Origin: Elsinoe ampelina
Taxonomy: Eukaryota
Reading direction: 5' to 3'
Assembly (NCBI GenBank): GCA_010093995.1
Contig: ML992512.1
Span: 281,736-345,735, forward strand
Length of the DNA: 64,000 nucleotides
Shown: positions 47,228 to 61,331 of the stretch, one piece after another
Layout of the letters: every line of letters starts with the position of its first letter
Numbering within the stretch: position 1 is the first letter of the stretch
Program-made: the position numbers and the translations under genes
Notes under the pieces: model-generated
Told to the model about the DNA's origin: nothing
What the model saw: the letters and a program-made list of their open reading frames with translations, nothing else
Databases searched by the model: none

Positions 47228-49372
47228 TTACATCCCACCCAAACCCCCCTCCCTCCTCACCTCCCCGGCAAAATCCCTCAAATCCTGCACCACAACCTCC
47301 CCCCTCTCCCAAGCAGGCCACTTCACCTCCCTCCCCGTCTCATGCCGCCTCAACCAGCTCAACTCCCCCCACGCCGCCATCCAGATAGGCGGACATACTC
47401 CCACGCCCGATCCTCTTCCTTCCCGCTTGTCCCCTCTCGCTCTTCTCCCGCCCATCACCCTGTCCGTTCCTGCTTCGGACCTCCTCTCCTCCCCTTGCCG
47501 TGAATCTGTAGAGATGGGAGGTCGGAAAAAGCTCGCGCCCACGGGCACCTTGCTTCGTTCCTGCCAGAAGGGAGCAGAAGGGCTTGTCTCCCTTCTTGCG
47601 TTCCTCAGCCAGCGCAGGGGAGCCTCGGGGCCGGAGAGCCAGTAGAGCATTGTCCAAGTCAAAATATCGGAAGGGGTCCAGGGGTGGAAGAGATCCACCC
47701 GTTCTGGGTCCCTGAGGGGCTGGGAGGTGGGCTGGGTGGTGGGCTGGGAGATGGGTTGGGAGATGGGTTGGGATGGTTGAGTGAGCGGAGGAGATTGAGA
47801 CGCCATCTGGCCCGAGAACGAGGGAGGTTGAAGATGGCGAGGAGCTGGTGGTGATGCGGCGATGGGCGCTGAAGTGGGTGGTGGGTTGGAGGTTGGAGAC
47901 AAGAGGGCGTTGGGGTGGAGGGAGTCGTTTCTCTTCGTTTCGGGCTCTGCTTTTGCATCGTCTTTAATATTTGCGCTGCCGCTTGCCCGGACGCTTGCGG
48001 TTCCACTGCCACTACCTTGCGCGCTCGAAGAGACAGACGGTCTCGAGCTCGAAGGGATAGGCAGCAATGCTGTGGAAGAGTTCGAGGCCAGTCCGCCTGT
48101 TGGTATAGAGAGTCTCGCACTCCCTTGTGCGCTTGAGTGGGCTGAAAGTCGTGCGCTGGAAGATGCAGAGTTGCTTCCTGCCACGCTACCGAGGAGAGGT
48201 CGAGGAGGCAGTGCAGATAAGGACGGTTGGAGGGGAGCCGACGGCGCAGTCGGTGGGTTGATAAGATTCAACATGAATGCTAGTAGCCCTGTAGGCGAGT
48301 CGGAGAGAGCAAATGCCAGGGCGGAAGTGCTTAGTCCGGTGTTGTTGTCACTGGAGTTTAGCGGTATCGAGCCTGTGTTGGCGTCCGAGGAAGTCGGGAG
48401 CTCAAAGTCTGAGGGCACGTAGCCAAAGCTGAGGAAAGGGATGCTTGCGCCTGTCATCTGAGCGATTCGGTACTGTGTATATGCAAGTGGCGTATCGCGA
48501 ATGGTCGGTGCCGGCACGAGAGGATTGGTTGTGTATATCGCTTTGCACGCGGAAGAGTGATACGATATGGATCGGACGATGCGAAAGCCCCTGTACATGG
48601 TTAGTATAAATCTCGGGATGAAGCACATGATGACACATACCATCCACTACCATAGGCTACATACTCTTTGTAGCCCAACTTCTCCATCAGAGCTTGAAAT
48701 ACGATAGCAACATCCTCAATCCCAGCATCATGTCTTTGCAAAGGATCACCAAACCCAAATCCCGGAATCGACGGGCAAACTACATGGAAAGCCTGGGGGT
48801 GACTTTGCATCTGCGTGGGCGTCGACACTGGTTCGCAAAGCCATTCTATGATCCTCGCGACCTCGACAAAACTCGTTCCCCAATCATGAACAAACAACAG
48901 TGGTACGGCGTCTTTGAAGGTAGACCGCCGGTGGGCAAAGTGGACCCGCAATGTTTCTTGGGGTTGATTGGACATTACCCTCCGAGACCAGCGGAGGTTG
49001 GTGCGGTATTGTGGGAGCTGTCGGTTGAGATGCGCCTCCTGAGCGCGGAAATCGAATCCATCGAGCCTGGTGTCGTTATCAGTACGCTTGTGTTGCGTGA
49101 GGGAGTCCTGATTACCCACCAGAAGTCCAGCAATGGCTCAAGCTGTGCTTTCGTAACACCATGAGGGTCCTCATCCACGTCTTCGTCATCCGAGAGCTCT
49201 TTTGGCAATCTGGCCAGCTCGAGCTTCTTCCTGGTCAAGTCTAGGTACCGCTGCGAGACCTGCCGCATGTTAGTATCAGGTTGCTAAAATATTCTCCAGT
49301 GATACTCACATGCATGCGGTACTCCTCTATCCCTTCGTCTACATCGTGACCCGGCCCCGACGTAGATGTCAT
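47228..49372 (-). CDS. Microsomal epoxide hydrolase-like alpha/beta hydrolase, probably catalytically inactive
   Basis: EHN-like N-terminus (LELARLP, FDFRAQEAHLN), AFHVVCPSIPGFGF, ALSDSPTGLLA. Introns 49309-49260, 49119-49067, 48640-48591. Long Ser/Pro insert. Confidence 0.8.
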
Positions 49373-51058
49373 GTGTCAATTCTGGGCAGTAGTCATGCCT
49401 CGAGATCCTCTGCCAATCCCTATCATAGAGGTCCAATTACAGTACTGTGTTCCTCAAAGAGCCTGACTATAGTACAGTATAGTACAACGTAATGTAGTAT
49501 CGTATAGCAACCACAAAGCAACCAAACCAAACGACTGTCTTAGCGAACGACTGAGCGATTGATAGGTGAGCAGAAAAAGTTGATGCCTGACGGGAACGTT
49601 TATCAAGCACACCCACCTCTCTCTATGACACCTCTGCTCACGGGACCATCTTGGCACACACATATACACCAACCCACCTCGCAGCCCCAGGGTCCTCCAG
49701 CACCATTCCCCCTCCGATCCGTCGCCACAACCACGCCAGAACCAATGCCACAACCCTGCCTCCAGTCCGGCACGCAGATCAACCGGGCTCAAGCCCACGC
49801 GGCCTCTGCACAACAAGAGCCAATTGGAGGCTGGACCCGATACAGTTGGCATCCTGCAAAGCTCGTGCGTCGACAATCGCATCTGTCGAGGCAGGGTGCC
49901 GCGCGAGGCCGTCAGGAGCCCAGTGGAACGCAATAGACGAACGATGCGGCTGTGCAAAGTTCCTTACCGTGCCTGCCAAGGTGTCCGGAGGTCTAGCCCG
50001 GCGAAAAGATGAGGTCAAAGATCGTGCCTGCCGACACCAAAAACCGCGGCGGGGAGGAAGGATAGGGCTGGACCCTGCATGTGGGCCTGTGGCGGTGCAG
50101 GGGACGAGGTTCAGGGTCCCGTGCAGATCTATGCCTGCCTCGGGCGGCGAACTGTGTCGCTTGTGTCATCGGACCCGCGGCATGATGTCGTGGGAGGAAC
50201 ATCTTGGGCCGTTGCTGTTTTTGGACTCGGAGCCTCAGGGGATTGTTATTGGTTGTGAGTGGGAGAAAGGTAGAGATAGGCGATGTCGGAGTGGCCGGTG
50301 GGATTTTTGTTAGTGAGGGCAGATCTTCCTGGTGGTGATTCATTTTTCCGCGGGTGGAAGGGCATGATTGGGGTTGAGAAGATGCATCTTGATCGCATCA
50401 AGTGAAGCGAGGCCTATCCCGGCATGCCTGGTCTGTGTTGGACAGGTTTGTGACCATGGGCGAGCACGCGGTGTCGTACGCTGCCGCCAATCCCAGGCGA
50501 GGGAGGAGAACTAGCCAGTGTGATAGCACAGCATGCTCGGATATCGATCACTGACCGAACTGACGTGGATGAAGATCTCTGTATTGTTAATTATCCGTGT
50601 CTGGGCGCGGAAGGAGGTGGATAGGAGATGGACGGTGATAGGCGCTGCCTGAAGTCGCTCGATCACAAAGTCAAGGGTATGCAGCACGGGTTAGCCCACA
50701 CAACGGAAGGCAATGCCTACAAGTCTGCAGCGAACGTCTAGGATAGAGACCCAGCTACTTGTATACCCATCGTCGACGTCTGCTGCTCGCCGGACCACGC
50801 GAGCGGGATAGACGTGATGCACATACCGTCCTTCAATGCTATCCATCCACTAACTTCTGCCTGTCCTCACACCACACGCAGTACTCGTCCTCCCCTCTAT
50901 CGACCTCGATGCCCCTAGCTCCTCAACCTCGTTCTATTCAGAAACACTTTTACCTCCCCCAAATGCAGAATATGATATACAACAATGGTATCACTCCCCC
51001 TCCCTCGCAGTCCGATCGGCCGTAAAATATTCCCAAATATACACAAGAAACCCCTTCT

Positions 51059-54000
51059 CTACCTCCTATTAAAGTTCAAAAACCTCCCCTGCGCACAAAA
51101 TTAGCAATCATCCCCACCGCCATCATCTCGGATCAACTTACCCCTACGAACAAAATCACCAAATTACTCGCCACAAACGCAATCAAAATCCCCAAATCCC
51201 TCCAGCGATTCCCAAACTCATACCCCAACGGCTGATAAAACTGATCCCCCACCTTGTACGCACAGTACGCACACGCATCCGTCATGTTATCCTGCAAATA
51301 CCCCGCCCCACCCCTCTCGAAGAACGCACCCATGTACTCCCCACACATCTGGCCCATCGGCGCCATGAAGCGATTGAATTCCATCTCCGTGCACACCACC
51401 GGCCTGTCGTGGAGTTCCGTCACGACCATTCCTCCAATCAAGCGGGTGAGGGGATTGAGTTGGTACAACCACCTCCAGCCCACCGGCATTTGACCCTCGG
51501 GGATAGTGACGCCGCAGAACAGCGCAAAGATGATGAGCATGAACGGGTTGAGCAGCACGGCAATGTACGTGCTCGGCGTGAGGGCGGACACCATCTGCCC
51601 CAACGTCACGGAGAAGATTTCCGTGATGAGGACCATGAGGAATTGGTACCCTGCTCTGGAGCTGGAGGACTGGAAGCCGGGAATGTAGTACAAGGGGAGG
51701 AAAAACCCGACTGCGCACAGGATCGAGTACGGCATCTCGGCGAGGACCATGGAGATGGCGAACGCGAATTGCTTGTACGATTTGGACGCGGCTTCGCGGT
51801 AGTAGATGATGCGGGACATGTCGTATTTCGGCTCGACTTGGGCGAGGATGAGCGCGGGGAGGACGACGGTTTGGAAGATGACGAAGACGCGGAATTGGAG
51901 GGACGAGCGGGAGTCGTCGAGTTGGAGGAACATGAGACCGGTGAGGAGGGCGATGACGACGTGGTTGAAGAGACGGGTGAAGCCGTAGTTGGGGGAGCGC
52001 CAGAAGGCAAGTTGCGTGCGCCAGTTGACGACTCTGATTTGATACCAGAGGGGCGTGGCGTATTCCTTTTCGTCAATGTCGACCGGGATGGCGGAGCGTT
52101 CGGCTTTGATCTTGACGATTTCGTCTTGCACGGTCTTCAGGTCGTCGGAGGTGCGCCAGATGTCGCCCCAGTCGCGGTCGCCGATGCGAGGTGCTTGACC
52201 CGCTCCGATGGCGTCGAGCATCCATTCCGCTGGGTTAGCGTCGGGTGGGCACTCGGCACCGTGTCTGCTAAAGTACGAGCGAAGGCCGGCGGCGTCCTTG
52301 CCAATCTCGCCAAAGTAGACAGTCTCACCGCCTCTCTGAAGAAGCAAGAGACGATCGAAATTGTCAAAGACACTTGCGTTCGGCTGATGAATGGTGCAGA
52401 GAATAGCCTGGCCAGCTGCGGACAGCTTGCGGAGAAAACGGACAATGTTGAACGCGCTCTGGGAGTCAAGACCGGAGGTAGGCTCGTCGAGGAACAGCAG
52501 AAGCTCAGGCTTTGCCGCCAGCTCGACACCAATCGTAACACGCTTGCGCTGTTCCACGGCGAGACCAGAAGAAGGCCATCCAATAATGGCGTCGGCGATT
52601 TCCTCCATCTCGAGAAGAGAAATAATCTCCTCAACGTAGGCGTACTTCTCCTCCTGTGGGACCGTGAAGGGCTGCCGGAGATCTGCAGAGAAGCGGAGAG
52701 CCTCACGAACAGTCTGAGTCGCTTCATGCTGATCGAGCTGCTCTGCGTAGGCAGTACCTCTCTGAAAGGCCTTACCTGGTGCCTTGCCATCGACCAGAAC
52801 ATCACCGGAGATGACACCGATATTCTTGCGGGAAGCGAGCACGTCCAGCAGTGTGGTCTTGCCGGCACCAGAAGCGCCCATGAGAGCAGTGAGTTGACCT
52901 GGCTTGACGTACCCGTAGACATCATTCAACAGACGGCGAGTGCCGCCAGAGACGGGCACATCGTAGCAGAGCTTCTCCCAGGTGAGTACAGCCTTGGACT
53001 CGATCTGAACCATGGTGGTGGTTCGCTCCGCCTTATTGGTCTTGCGCCTCTCTCGCTTCTCAGCAAGATCAGCGTTGAGCTTCTTCTCCTCCTCGCTCTC
53101 TTTGGTGTACAGGGTGATCGTACGACCACCTGCGCCCCATCGGACGAACTCACCGAGCCAAGTGTTGGTACCCAAAAAGAACAGGGTAAGCGCGATAATG
53201 ATGCCAAAGTTGCGCCACAAATCACCAACGTTGTAGTTGAATGTCTGCGCAATGTAATCGCCACCATCGACATTCAGAGAGCCCGCGCGGCTACCACCAA
53301 GGGTGCAGACCTGATTCTGAATATTGTTATACTCTGGCCCAGAGGGAATGAGCGATTCCGCAGTGCAAGTCATGTCAAGACGACCGAACTCATTCTCCAT
53401 CAGTGCCGAGAAGCCAAGACCAAGGGGATTGATATAGTAGATCCATCGCAGCCAAACCTGACTTTGAGCCCACTGGATCAGATATCCAGATGTCAAAACC
53501 AGGAGAGTGATGATGAAAGCAGCGAATTTGATGGCGTAGTCAAAGTCCGGACACAAGCAGCCTACCGTCCTGAAGAACAGAGTCATGCCCAGGTAGCCCG
53601 AGATGATCAGCAAGACAAACGTGAAGAAAGCACCTGCGCTCAAGACCAATCCGCACATGAAGTAGACGATAACGCTGAAAACAAAAATCTGCGCAGAGGC
53701 GAAACAGATGTCGACACCTATTTGCGCGACCCACAGTGCCGAAGGACGGTAGAATGCATAAGCTCGATGCTTGTTGACAATGGGTCGACCCAACATGGTA
53801 GACCCAAGCTCACCGAAAGCGGTAAAGGCGTTGAAGAGCAGGGAGATGAAGAGCAGACCACCACGGATGAAAGCACCGGCTGTGGTTTCGGGGACTTTGT
53901 ACCAGACAGTACCAAGGACGATGGCGATGACAATAGAGGTGATCCAGGAGACGGTGAGGGAGAAGCGATCCTGCCACTTGAGAGTGAATTGCCGCTTCAT

Positions 54001-55590
54001 GAGAGCCCAGACTTGAAGGTAGAAGGGGACGGAGTAGACACTCTTTGCCGATGCCTTGCGCTTGGCCTCGGTCACGGCGGTCTGGAAGTCATCGTAGACC
54101 TGCTTCTCCTCCTTGATTCGTTGGCGCCATACTGACATTTCAGAATCGAGCTGTTTGGCATAGGAGCTGTCGTTGAAGGCTTCGACAAGGGCGTCTGGCG
54201 TACTAGGCACGTTTGTCTCGTCGCGACCGTCAGCGTACTCGCGCTCGAAAGGATCTGTGCATCCAGTAAGGTAGTCAGGAGTGGTTTGACGGGGCTTTTC
54301 CATGAAACCGAGGCTTTCGAAGTAGGCTCGCGCTTCCTTGGTTGGACCATAAAAGACCTGTCGGCCTTCGTCAATGACCATGACCTTGTCGAATTGATCG
54401 TAGATGTTCTCAGACGCTTGGTAAAGGGAGACAAAGGTTGTAGTCTTGTAAATGTTGGTCAGGAGACGGAGTGATTTGGCATAGTCGAGCGCGGTAGAGG
54501 CATCCAGACCACGGGTGCTATTGTCGTACGAGTAGACCGCAGCACCTGTGACCATAGCTTCAGCGATGGAGACACGCTTGCGTTCTCCTCCCGAAACACC
54601 ACGAACATTGGCATCTCCGACAACGGTATTCTTGGTGTGCTCAATATTGAACATGCGCAAGAGCATGTCGCAGATACGATCGCGGAGATCATTTGCAGTC
54701 AAACCAGCAGGTCGCTTGCCCGGTACCTTTGTCTCCAGAGCAAACTTCAGTGTCTGCCCAACGGTGAGTGTGGCGTGATGGACATCGTCCTCCTGACAGT
54801 AGACCGCTTCACCACGATACCGCTTCTCAAAAGCCGCAGCCTCGAAAGGACCGTAGAGGACCTCGCCATCGACATCCGTGTAGCCATACCGCTGATTCGA
54901 AATGACCTTGAGAAATGATGTGCATCCAGACCCGGGCTTTCCAAGCACCAGTACCATCTCACCAGGCTTGACCACACCGCGGAAGCCCTTGAGAATGTCC
55001 ACGGTGGGCCCCTGGCTGGCGAGGCCTAACCAGCCTTTGAGAGTCTGGTAGACGTTGAAGAAGCCAATCACGGCGTCTGGGAAGGTAGGTGTGAAAATCC
55101 TGAATCCACCATAACCCTTGACTGTGAGATTGTCCCAAAGCACACCGATCTGTTTCGACTTGATCCCCGCCTCTTCCTCCATGGCCTTGCTGTTGCGCAG
55201 GTACTCCTGGAGATCGAATCGCTCATCGCTGGTCTCGCTGGCGGAAGAGCCGACTGCCTTCTCGGCATCTGTGGTGGCTCCTACCTTTGATGCTCGTCTG
55301 CTGTGTTGTTGCGGGACTCGCCTGGAGTTTTGGCTGAGACTTGAGAGTTGCCGTGACAGATCTGCGAATTCCTGCTCTCCGGTCTTGACATCTACTCCGG
55401 TGTTGACTCTTTGCAGAGCAGGGTGGTGAATCGGCTCGTAGCTGTTGCCATTGGCGGTGGCGGCATGCTTCTCGTCGTCGCCATACTGTGAAGAAGACTG
55501 GGTTGTGCTGCCATTGACCGTCTCGGAGGGTTCTGTCGCTTCCTGAATCTCGCCAGGAGGATTGGCGACTGGCTCTCGTTTCTCCTCCAT
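51059..55590 (-). CDS. PDR-type (ABCG) full-size ABC multidrug transporter
   Basis: GKPGSGCTS, VSGGERKRVSIAE, GASGAGKTTLL, EQRKRVTIGVEL, FLDEPTSGLD. Terminal intron 51141-51089, then GRFLNFNRR*. Confidence 0.95.
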
Positions 55591-56746
55591 GGTGCCGGTG
55601 GCGGCAAAGTGATGTTGTGAAAGTTCAGGATCGCAAGCCGTATATTATTATGTAGTGATGTAACAGTTGAAGCTTCAAGAGTAGAGTGAAACGTTTGCGG
55701 AGCTAAGCAGGCCCTACCGTATCAACGGCGGCTGAACAAGAATGAAAGATGGAGGAAACCCGTGATAGAAGGGAAGGAGTAACCAGATCCCCTTTGTACA
55801 AGTTCCGGAGAGTTGTTGCTATGGAGCTAAAGGGCGTGCACGTCCACGTTTGCCTGCAAGATGCCGCAGTGTGAATCCGTCAGTGACTCCGATATGCAGT
55901 ACTTGGCATCGAGAAAAGTGCGCGAAGGAGTGGACTAGTGGGTTGACCCGAGCGGTATGCAATCTCCATTCGAAAAAGGACACCGCAGGAGCACTGTTAC
56001 AGTTGAAGGTGTGGGAAAAAAGTCACCGAAACATTGATGTTTGGGGGGACCGGACCCCACATCATTGGTTAAACATCGGACCATGTTTCGTAGGCCAAGT
56101 GCCTGAGCTGCTGAAAGTAACTTGAAGAAAAGCGGAGTGAAATCAGCCCGAACGTCGTCAATTTACCCAAAAGTGTCGGCTCGGCAGGACCTTCAGGGTT
56201 GCGGCTTGACGCCGTCGACCATAGGGCGCTGGAACCAACTTGACGAACCTTGACAACCGTACGAGAAACCAACCTATTTCGAGCATCTTCCGTCTCTGCA
56301 GGGCGGTGGTAGCATCTCAATGACAATGCTGTGTATCGCAAAGGGCGCGCACGAGTGTGGTGAACCAGTATGAATCATACACAGTCAGAATTGTTTGCAT
56401 AACGTTCGAGGTATCATTGTACATGAAAATCCACCACCAGTCGCGATTAATGCTGCATAGCGCCATCTGATAAACCCGGACTTAAGCACAGCGATCCCGA
56501 AAAGCCGGGCAGCGGCCCTGAGGGCAGGGTCTTTCCGACTTGATTTGGCTTTCATCCACAAGCGCCCCGAGCGCCCAAATGAAAGGCAATTGTTTCCGAA
56601 CGTGACACCACCAACGCCTGTGCTTTCCTCACCAAAAAAATTCAGCCGATGTTGCTTTTGTGTGCGAGGGCGGAAAGTCCGAAACTGCGTGTGCCTGTTG
56701 ATACGCGAACAAGTGAACGGTGCTCGACAAATCCACGCTCCATGCA

Positions 56747-58509
56747 TCATGACTGCCCCTGTTCCGATGCTTCCGCTGCAGGTGCTTCGGATGCACCAAG
56801 GCTGGCTGATTGATCAGCAGGGCCAGTCGAAGACATGGGTTGTTGTTGTTTTCGGCCGAACGTGTTCAACCATTCCTCGGCCTTTTGCAGGGTGATCTGA
56901 CAAACGCCGTTGACTTGACCCATCACATCAAGACCCTCTTGTGCAAAGACGATCATTCGATGAGCAGCCTTTTTGGTGACATCGCCAGCTGCGGAGCCTT
57001 CGGAACCAGTGGATGGACCAGATTCCTCGTCTTGCTGTACACTGGCGCCGGCAAGGTGCCATCTGCGTGGGATGGACATGATTTGGCCTCTGACCAGGAC
57101 TCTGGCATTTTCGGGGAGAGCACCTCCAGTGTATGTCGAGACCGAATGGACAACATGCTTGAGGGTCCCCCAGATATCATCGCACATCTGCTTAATCTTG
57201 TCGGCAAGTCTACGAGTCGCCTCTTCATGCTCTGCTTGGGAACGAGAGATGAGACCGACTTCAACTTCTTTGGCGAAACGAGCCCGATCTCGATCTCGAT
57301 CACGCTCCTCTTGAGCCTGCTCGTACTCGCGGAGGACCAGGCGCAAAGCATTGAGCACCGTCTCAATATGTCGGGTCGCAGTCGTGAGGAGCTCCACACA
57401 GTAGGTCAAGCTACGTCTGGAGGCGTCACTGAGGGCCACACCAAGTGCTGATGAGCTTATCATGACCTTGGTACTCCAACTTCGGCTGTGTGGGTGTGGT
57501 TGTCTTTGTACATCGGCTGGACTGGACTCTTCGCGATAGCTTGGCGGTTTGCTGTTCCTGTATGCTGGTAGGTACTCGAAGCGTGTACGCGATGGTGAGT
57601 CGTCAATCGCACTTTCCGAATTTCTGTCAATATCCATTTCATCTCCACTATCCACTGCGACCTTACGACGTTTGCCGTCTGCCTTTTCAAGATCGCTGGG
57701 ACGTCGGCTGTTGAGGTATCGCCGGATGCCACTCTCGACGCCAGTGAATCTTCCAATTGTGCTCACTGTGTTGAGAGTGTTGCGCTCCATCAGGTTCGCG
57801 CCGTATTGTACAATGCGTGGTGTGTAGTGTTTGGTGGTGGTGTAGGCCGAGAGAGATCCATTGATCGTTCCCCCAACCCAAGGATGAGCCTCGATGAGCA
57901 GTTGCAACATTGGCTCTTGTGTATCCTTGTCTACTTCTGTGGCCGATCCAATCACTTCGCTGGGTACTCTGTGCGATCGCGTTTGCTGCTTGGTGTGTCT
58001 AGCAAAATCTGCGGAAGTCAGCAACATGCCATGACCTGTAAACTCGGTCATGTCTCACCTGGATTACCCAAGCCCGACAGTGCTTCTGCTGCCATTCTCA
58101 CATCTGGATCTTCAAGTGATAATGACCCTCCCCTTGTCGAACTCTGTACTGTATCGTCCACGCTCATGACACTACCAGTCTCGGTGGGGCTCATTATCGC
58201 CGATTCCGTGCTCGTTCTGAATTGTCCGGCGAAGGAGGATGAGTCTATGCCTGGTAGTCCTCGACTATACGGCTGCTGACTGGTCATCTCAGCCAGCCGA
58301 TCTGCCCTCAGAGCATGTGGATGGTTGTGTCTGTCATATGCAATTGCCGAACGTTCAGGGATGCCGGCCAGGACTGAGTGCAGCCCTGGCAAGGTGAGAT
58401 CTGCCGGTGGATGTGAAGTGCCGATTTCATGTTGAGGTACTGAAGGTAATTTCAACTCGTCCGGGTTCGTAGAGACGTAGGCTGGAGGTTGTTCTCGGTG
58501 TAGCTCCAT
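56747..58509 (-). CDS. OPI1: Opi1-family transcription regulator
   Basis: DPDVRMAAEALSGL, SRRSLTYCVELL, VSTYTGGALPENAR..VRGQIMSIP.RW, FAQEGLDVM. Intron 58058-58009. Confidence 0.82.
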
Positions 58510-59324
58510 GGCGTTCAGGGTCTGGGAGAGGCGCTTTGCGACAAGCGGTGGCTGCGGTATCGGGGAGTCGTCGCTACCGTGGGAATCGCTTCATGAGTTT
58601 GTTGTTGAGGTTGAACATGAGTGTGGTAGTGATGGGTAAAAATCGAATGTGAATCAAAGTCGAAGGACGGAGTGCAGCAGGGAATGCGTGGTGTTCGCGA
58701 TCCTTTGAACAACGTGGATTGGTGGAGAGCGACGGCGGCCTGGCTTTGAAGCCCGGAAGCCCCATTTTCGCCCGTCTCTCGCGCAGAAAGTCGAGGCATG
58801 TGAACGCCAAGCCCTTTCCCTCGTGCCATCGCGCCTGCTCTTTCTGGTCCCGCGAACCATTGATTGCGCATCTTCCATCGCCAATCGCTGTCAGATACGC
58901 AGATACACAAACTCAATTTCTATACTATTATAGCATCACATCCACCTCTTATCTCTTTTGAAACATGCATGTGCTGGGGCATGACAATCTCCAAGTCAAA
59001 ATTTGCACGCTCTTCCTTCGGCGTCAGTTGCACATGTCGCGCGAATTTTCGGCCGACACGTGCCTGCACAGTGTAAATTCTCTCTCAGATCGTTGCCAGC
59101 ACGTTCGTGTGGGTCGTGGCTTGACTTTGCTTCTCCCGCACATGCTTCAATTGCCGTTTTGTCGAAGCTTGAATCTCCAGCTGCCGTGACTTGCACTGCA
59201 TTGCACATCATTACCGGCTCTCAAATGTTCGGCCTCCCACTTCACGTAACCAGCAACGGAAGTGAATCCTCACATCATTCGGCCCGTCTTTCAGGGTAGG
59301 CGTTCCATTTGATATCTATGAGCA

Positions 59325-61148
59325 TTAATCGCTGTCGTCCCTCCTCTGCCTCTTCCCTTCTCTCTCTCTGTCCTCCCCAGTGTCCAGCCCATACCTCTTC
59401 TCCCCTCTCACCTCGTCGATCATCTTCCCAATCCCGAATGGATCTTCTTCTTTACCCTTCCCTTTCCCACTACCACCGGCTACAGTCCCATCGTCTCTCT
59501 CGAACATGACGGGTCCCTCTCTCTTCTCCGCATCCGCCGCACCCTTGAAGCCCTCTTTGGGCGCCCTCCCCAAGCCTTCGAATCGTTTCGCGCCCTGAAT
59601 GGCATCCAATGTCTCCCCACCATCTTCACCCTCGTCCTCCACGCTCGGCCGGTAAATACTGCTCAGTGCCGCTCGATCCGCAAAGAGCGGCTTATCGTAT
59701 GCTTGATCTTCGTTGAAGCCTGCAGCAAATCCGCTGCTCTGGTTGAATAGCCGGGAATCGTACATGCTCTCCTTGCTCTGTGTCGGCTTGGCCAGTCCGA
59801 GTGCTACCTTCTCGCTGATATCTCGATTCTGCTCCCGCGCCATCATCTGTATGCGCCGCTCGTGACCCATATTCTTCTGTCGCATCTCGCGCTGATTCTC
59901 TCGTCGGCGATCCGCACGCTGGCGTTCTCGTTCTTTTCGGTCACGTTCGCCATCTGATTCCGAATCGGGTGTGCGTGAGCGTGAACGGGAGCGAGAGGAG
60001 TAGCTAGCGCTGCGGCTTCGGGATCGTGAGGGTCGTCGATTTGTTGCTGCGCGCTCTTCGCGGGCTTTCTGAGCGAGAAGTCGTAGATTGTCTTCTTTGG
60101 CCTGCTTCTCTTTCTCCGCTAGTCGTTGTTGCATCATGGCTCGTTGCTTCACCTCTTCTCGGGCATGCTTATCGGCCGTGTACAGAGCTTCAGTGAACGA
60201 TGCAAATTTGTCGTTGATGGTAGTATCTTGCAGGCCACGACCATCTGCTGCCAACCGTTTGTCCAGGGCGATCGTGTAACCTTTCGGGTTCTTCCAATTG
60301 GATACAGGAGGTGGAATGCGCCAGGCTTCTTGATCTTCGGCGGTGAGCTTGCGAGGCGGGGAGTGCATGACAGGTGGAGGTGGAGAAGGTGGTCCACGTG
60401 GAATCTTCTTGTGCTTGAACTTGGGAGGTTCCATAGGATCTTGTTGCTGTTCCACGATCTTCATAATGCGGTCCTGCTTGCGCGAGTTGTCACCCACCTG
60501 AGCAGCAGGTGTGTAGCGCACGTAGGTCGGGTCTTTCCGTGAAATGCCCTTGACATTTTTCGGCTTTTGCGCTGCCACGGCTCCAGACACAAGAGTCGCA
60601 AGCGCTAGCTCTGTCCGTCGCTTTGTCTCCGCTACCTGCTCTTCTGACGGTCGTGACAAGTCGAGCTCTCCTGCATCTGCTTGCTGTCGTAACGGGATGA
60701 GGTCCTTGAACGAAGTGTGTATGATCCTATCATCGCTGTGGCCCCTCCGAGCAATCGCATCGTATTTGACCTTGCCCTCGCCGTCAACTTTTAGAGCCAT
60801 AGCATTTGAACTCGATGCCTGTTTCTTTCCCATGTCAAGCGGGTACTGAGCAATCGGAATTTCTGGAAATGCGCCTCCATCGCCATAGTCTTCTTGTGAT
60901 CGTGGTCGCCATCCTGTTCGCTGACCGTATGATGGAGGTCCGCTTCTCTTATTCTTATTAGTTGTGGTCTCCCCCAAAAGTCGACTCGCACTGACCTTGA
61001 CTGTGAGCGCCTGCGACTCTACTTCGCGGGCGCCGACGATTCGCGGTCCTTTTGGCTGGGCGTGGGCCGGCAGTTCTTCATCTTCGCCCGTATATTTCGG
61101 TTTCGGAAGGGCGCTCGAGAGCGACAGTGAAGTCCTCGTAGTCGCCAT
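59325..61148 (-). CDS. PRP45: Pre-mRNA splicing factor Prp45/SKIP (SNW domain)
   Basis: DGGAFPEI..AQYP, DPMEPPKF, SNWKNPKGY. In-frame 48-nt intron 60995-60948. Confidence 0.95.
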   Translation of the reverse strand: MATTRTSLSLSSALPKPKYTGEDEELPAHAQPKGPRIVGAREVESQALTVKVSASRLLGETTTNKNKRSGPPSYGQRTGWRPRSQEDYGDGGAFPEIPIAQYPLDMGKKQASSSNAMALKVDGEGKVKYDAIARRGHSDDRIIHTSFKDLIPLRQQADAGELDLSRPSEEQVAETKRRTELALATLVSGAVAAQKPKNVKGISRKDPTYVRYTPAAQVGDNSRKQDRIMKIVEQQQDPMEPPKFKHKKIPRGPPSPPPPVMHSPPRKLTAEDQEAWRIPPPVSNWKNPKGYTIALDKRLAADGRGLQDTTINDKFASFTEALYTADKHAREEVKQRAMMQQRLAEKEKQAKEDNLRLLAQKAREERAATNRRPSRSRSRSASYSSRSRSRSRTPDSESDGERDRKERERQRADRRRENQREMRQKNMGHERRIQMMAREQNRDISEKVALGLAKPTQSKESMYDSRLFNQSSGFAAGFNEDQAYDKPLFADRAALSSIYRPSVEDEGEDGGETLDAIQGAKRFEGLGRAPKEGFKGAADAEKREGPVMFERDDGTVAGGSGKGKGKEEDPFGIGKMIDEVRGEKRYGLDTGEDREREGKRQRRDDSD

Positions 61149-61331
61149 GGTCGTGTGTCAGGATGATCAGTCGGGTGAGTGGGATGAAGAAGACGAGAGG
61201 TTGATGAAGACAAAGTGCTTGAAATTTGTCGGCCAATCAGAAGCCAGCAGCAGCTCAACTTCACATGACATCGATGTTCAGTCCTGCTCGTGCACATTTG
61301 TTCATTTTCTGTATAAATTCAATGGACGGTC

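Noticed and set aside
51409..54135. 908-aa plus-strand ORF
   Set aside because: Antisense shadow of the ABC transporter caused by codon bias; no domain
36717..55590. Secondary-metabolite cluster (SRPBCC, SnoaL, hydrolase, ABC transporter)
   Set aside because: No PKS/NRPS/terpene backbone gene; genes are interspersed with housekeeping loci
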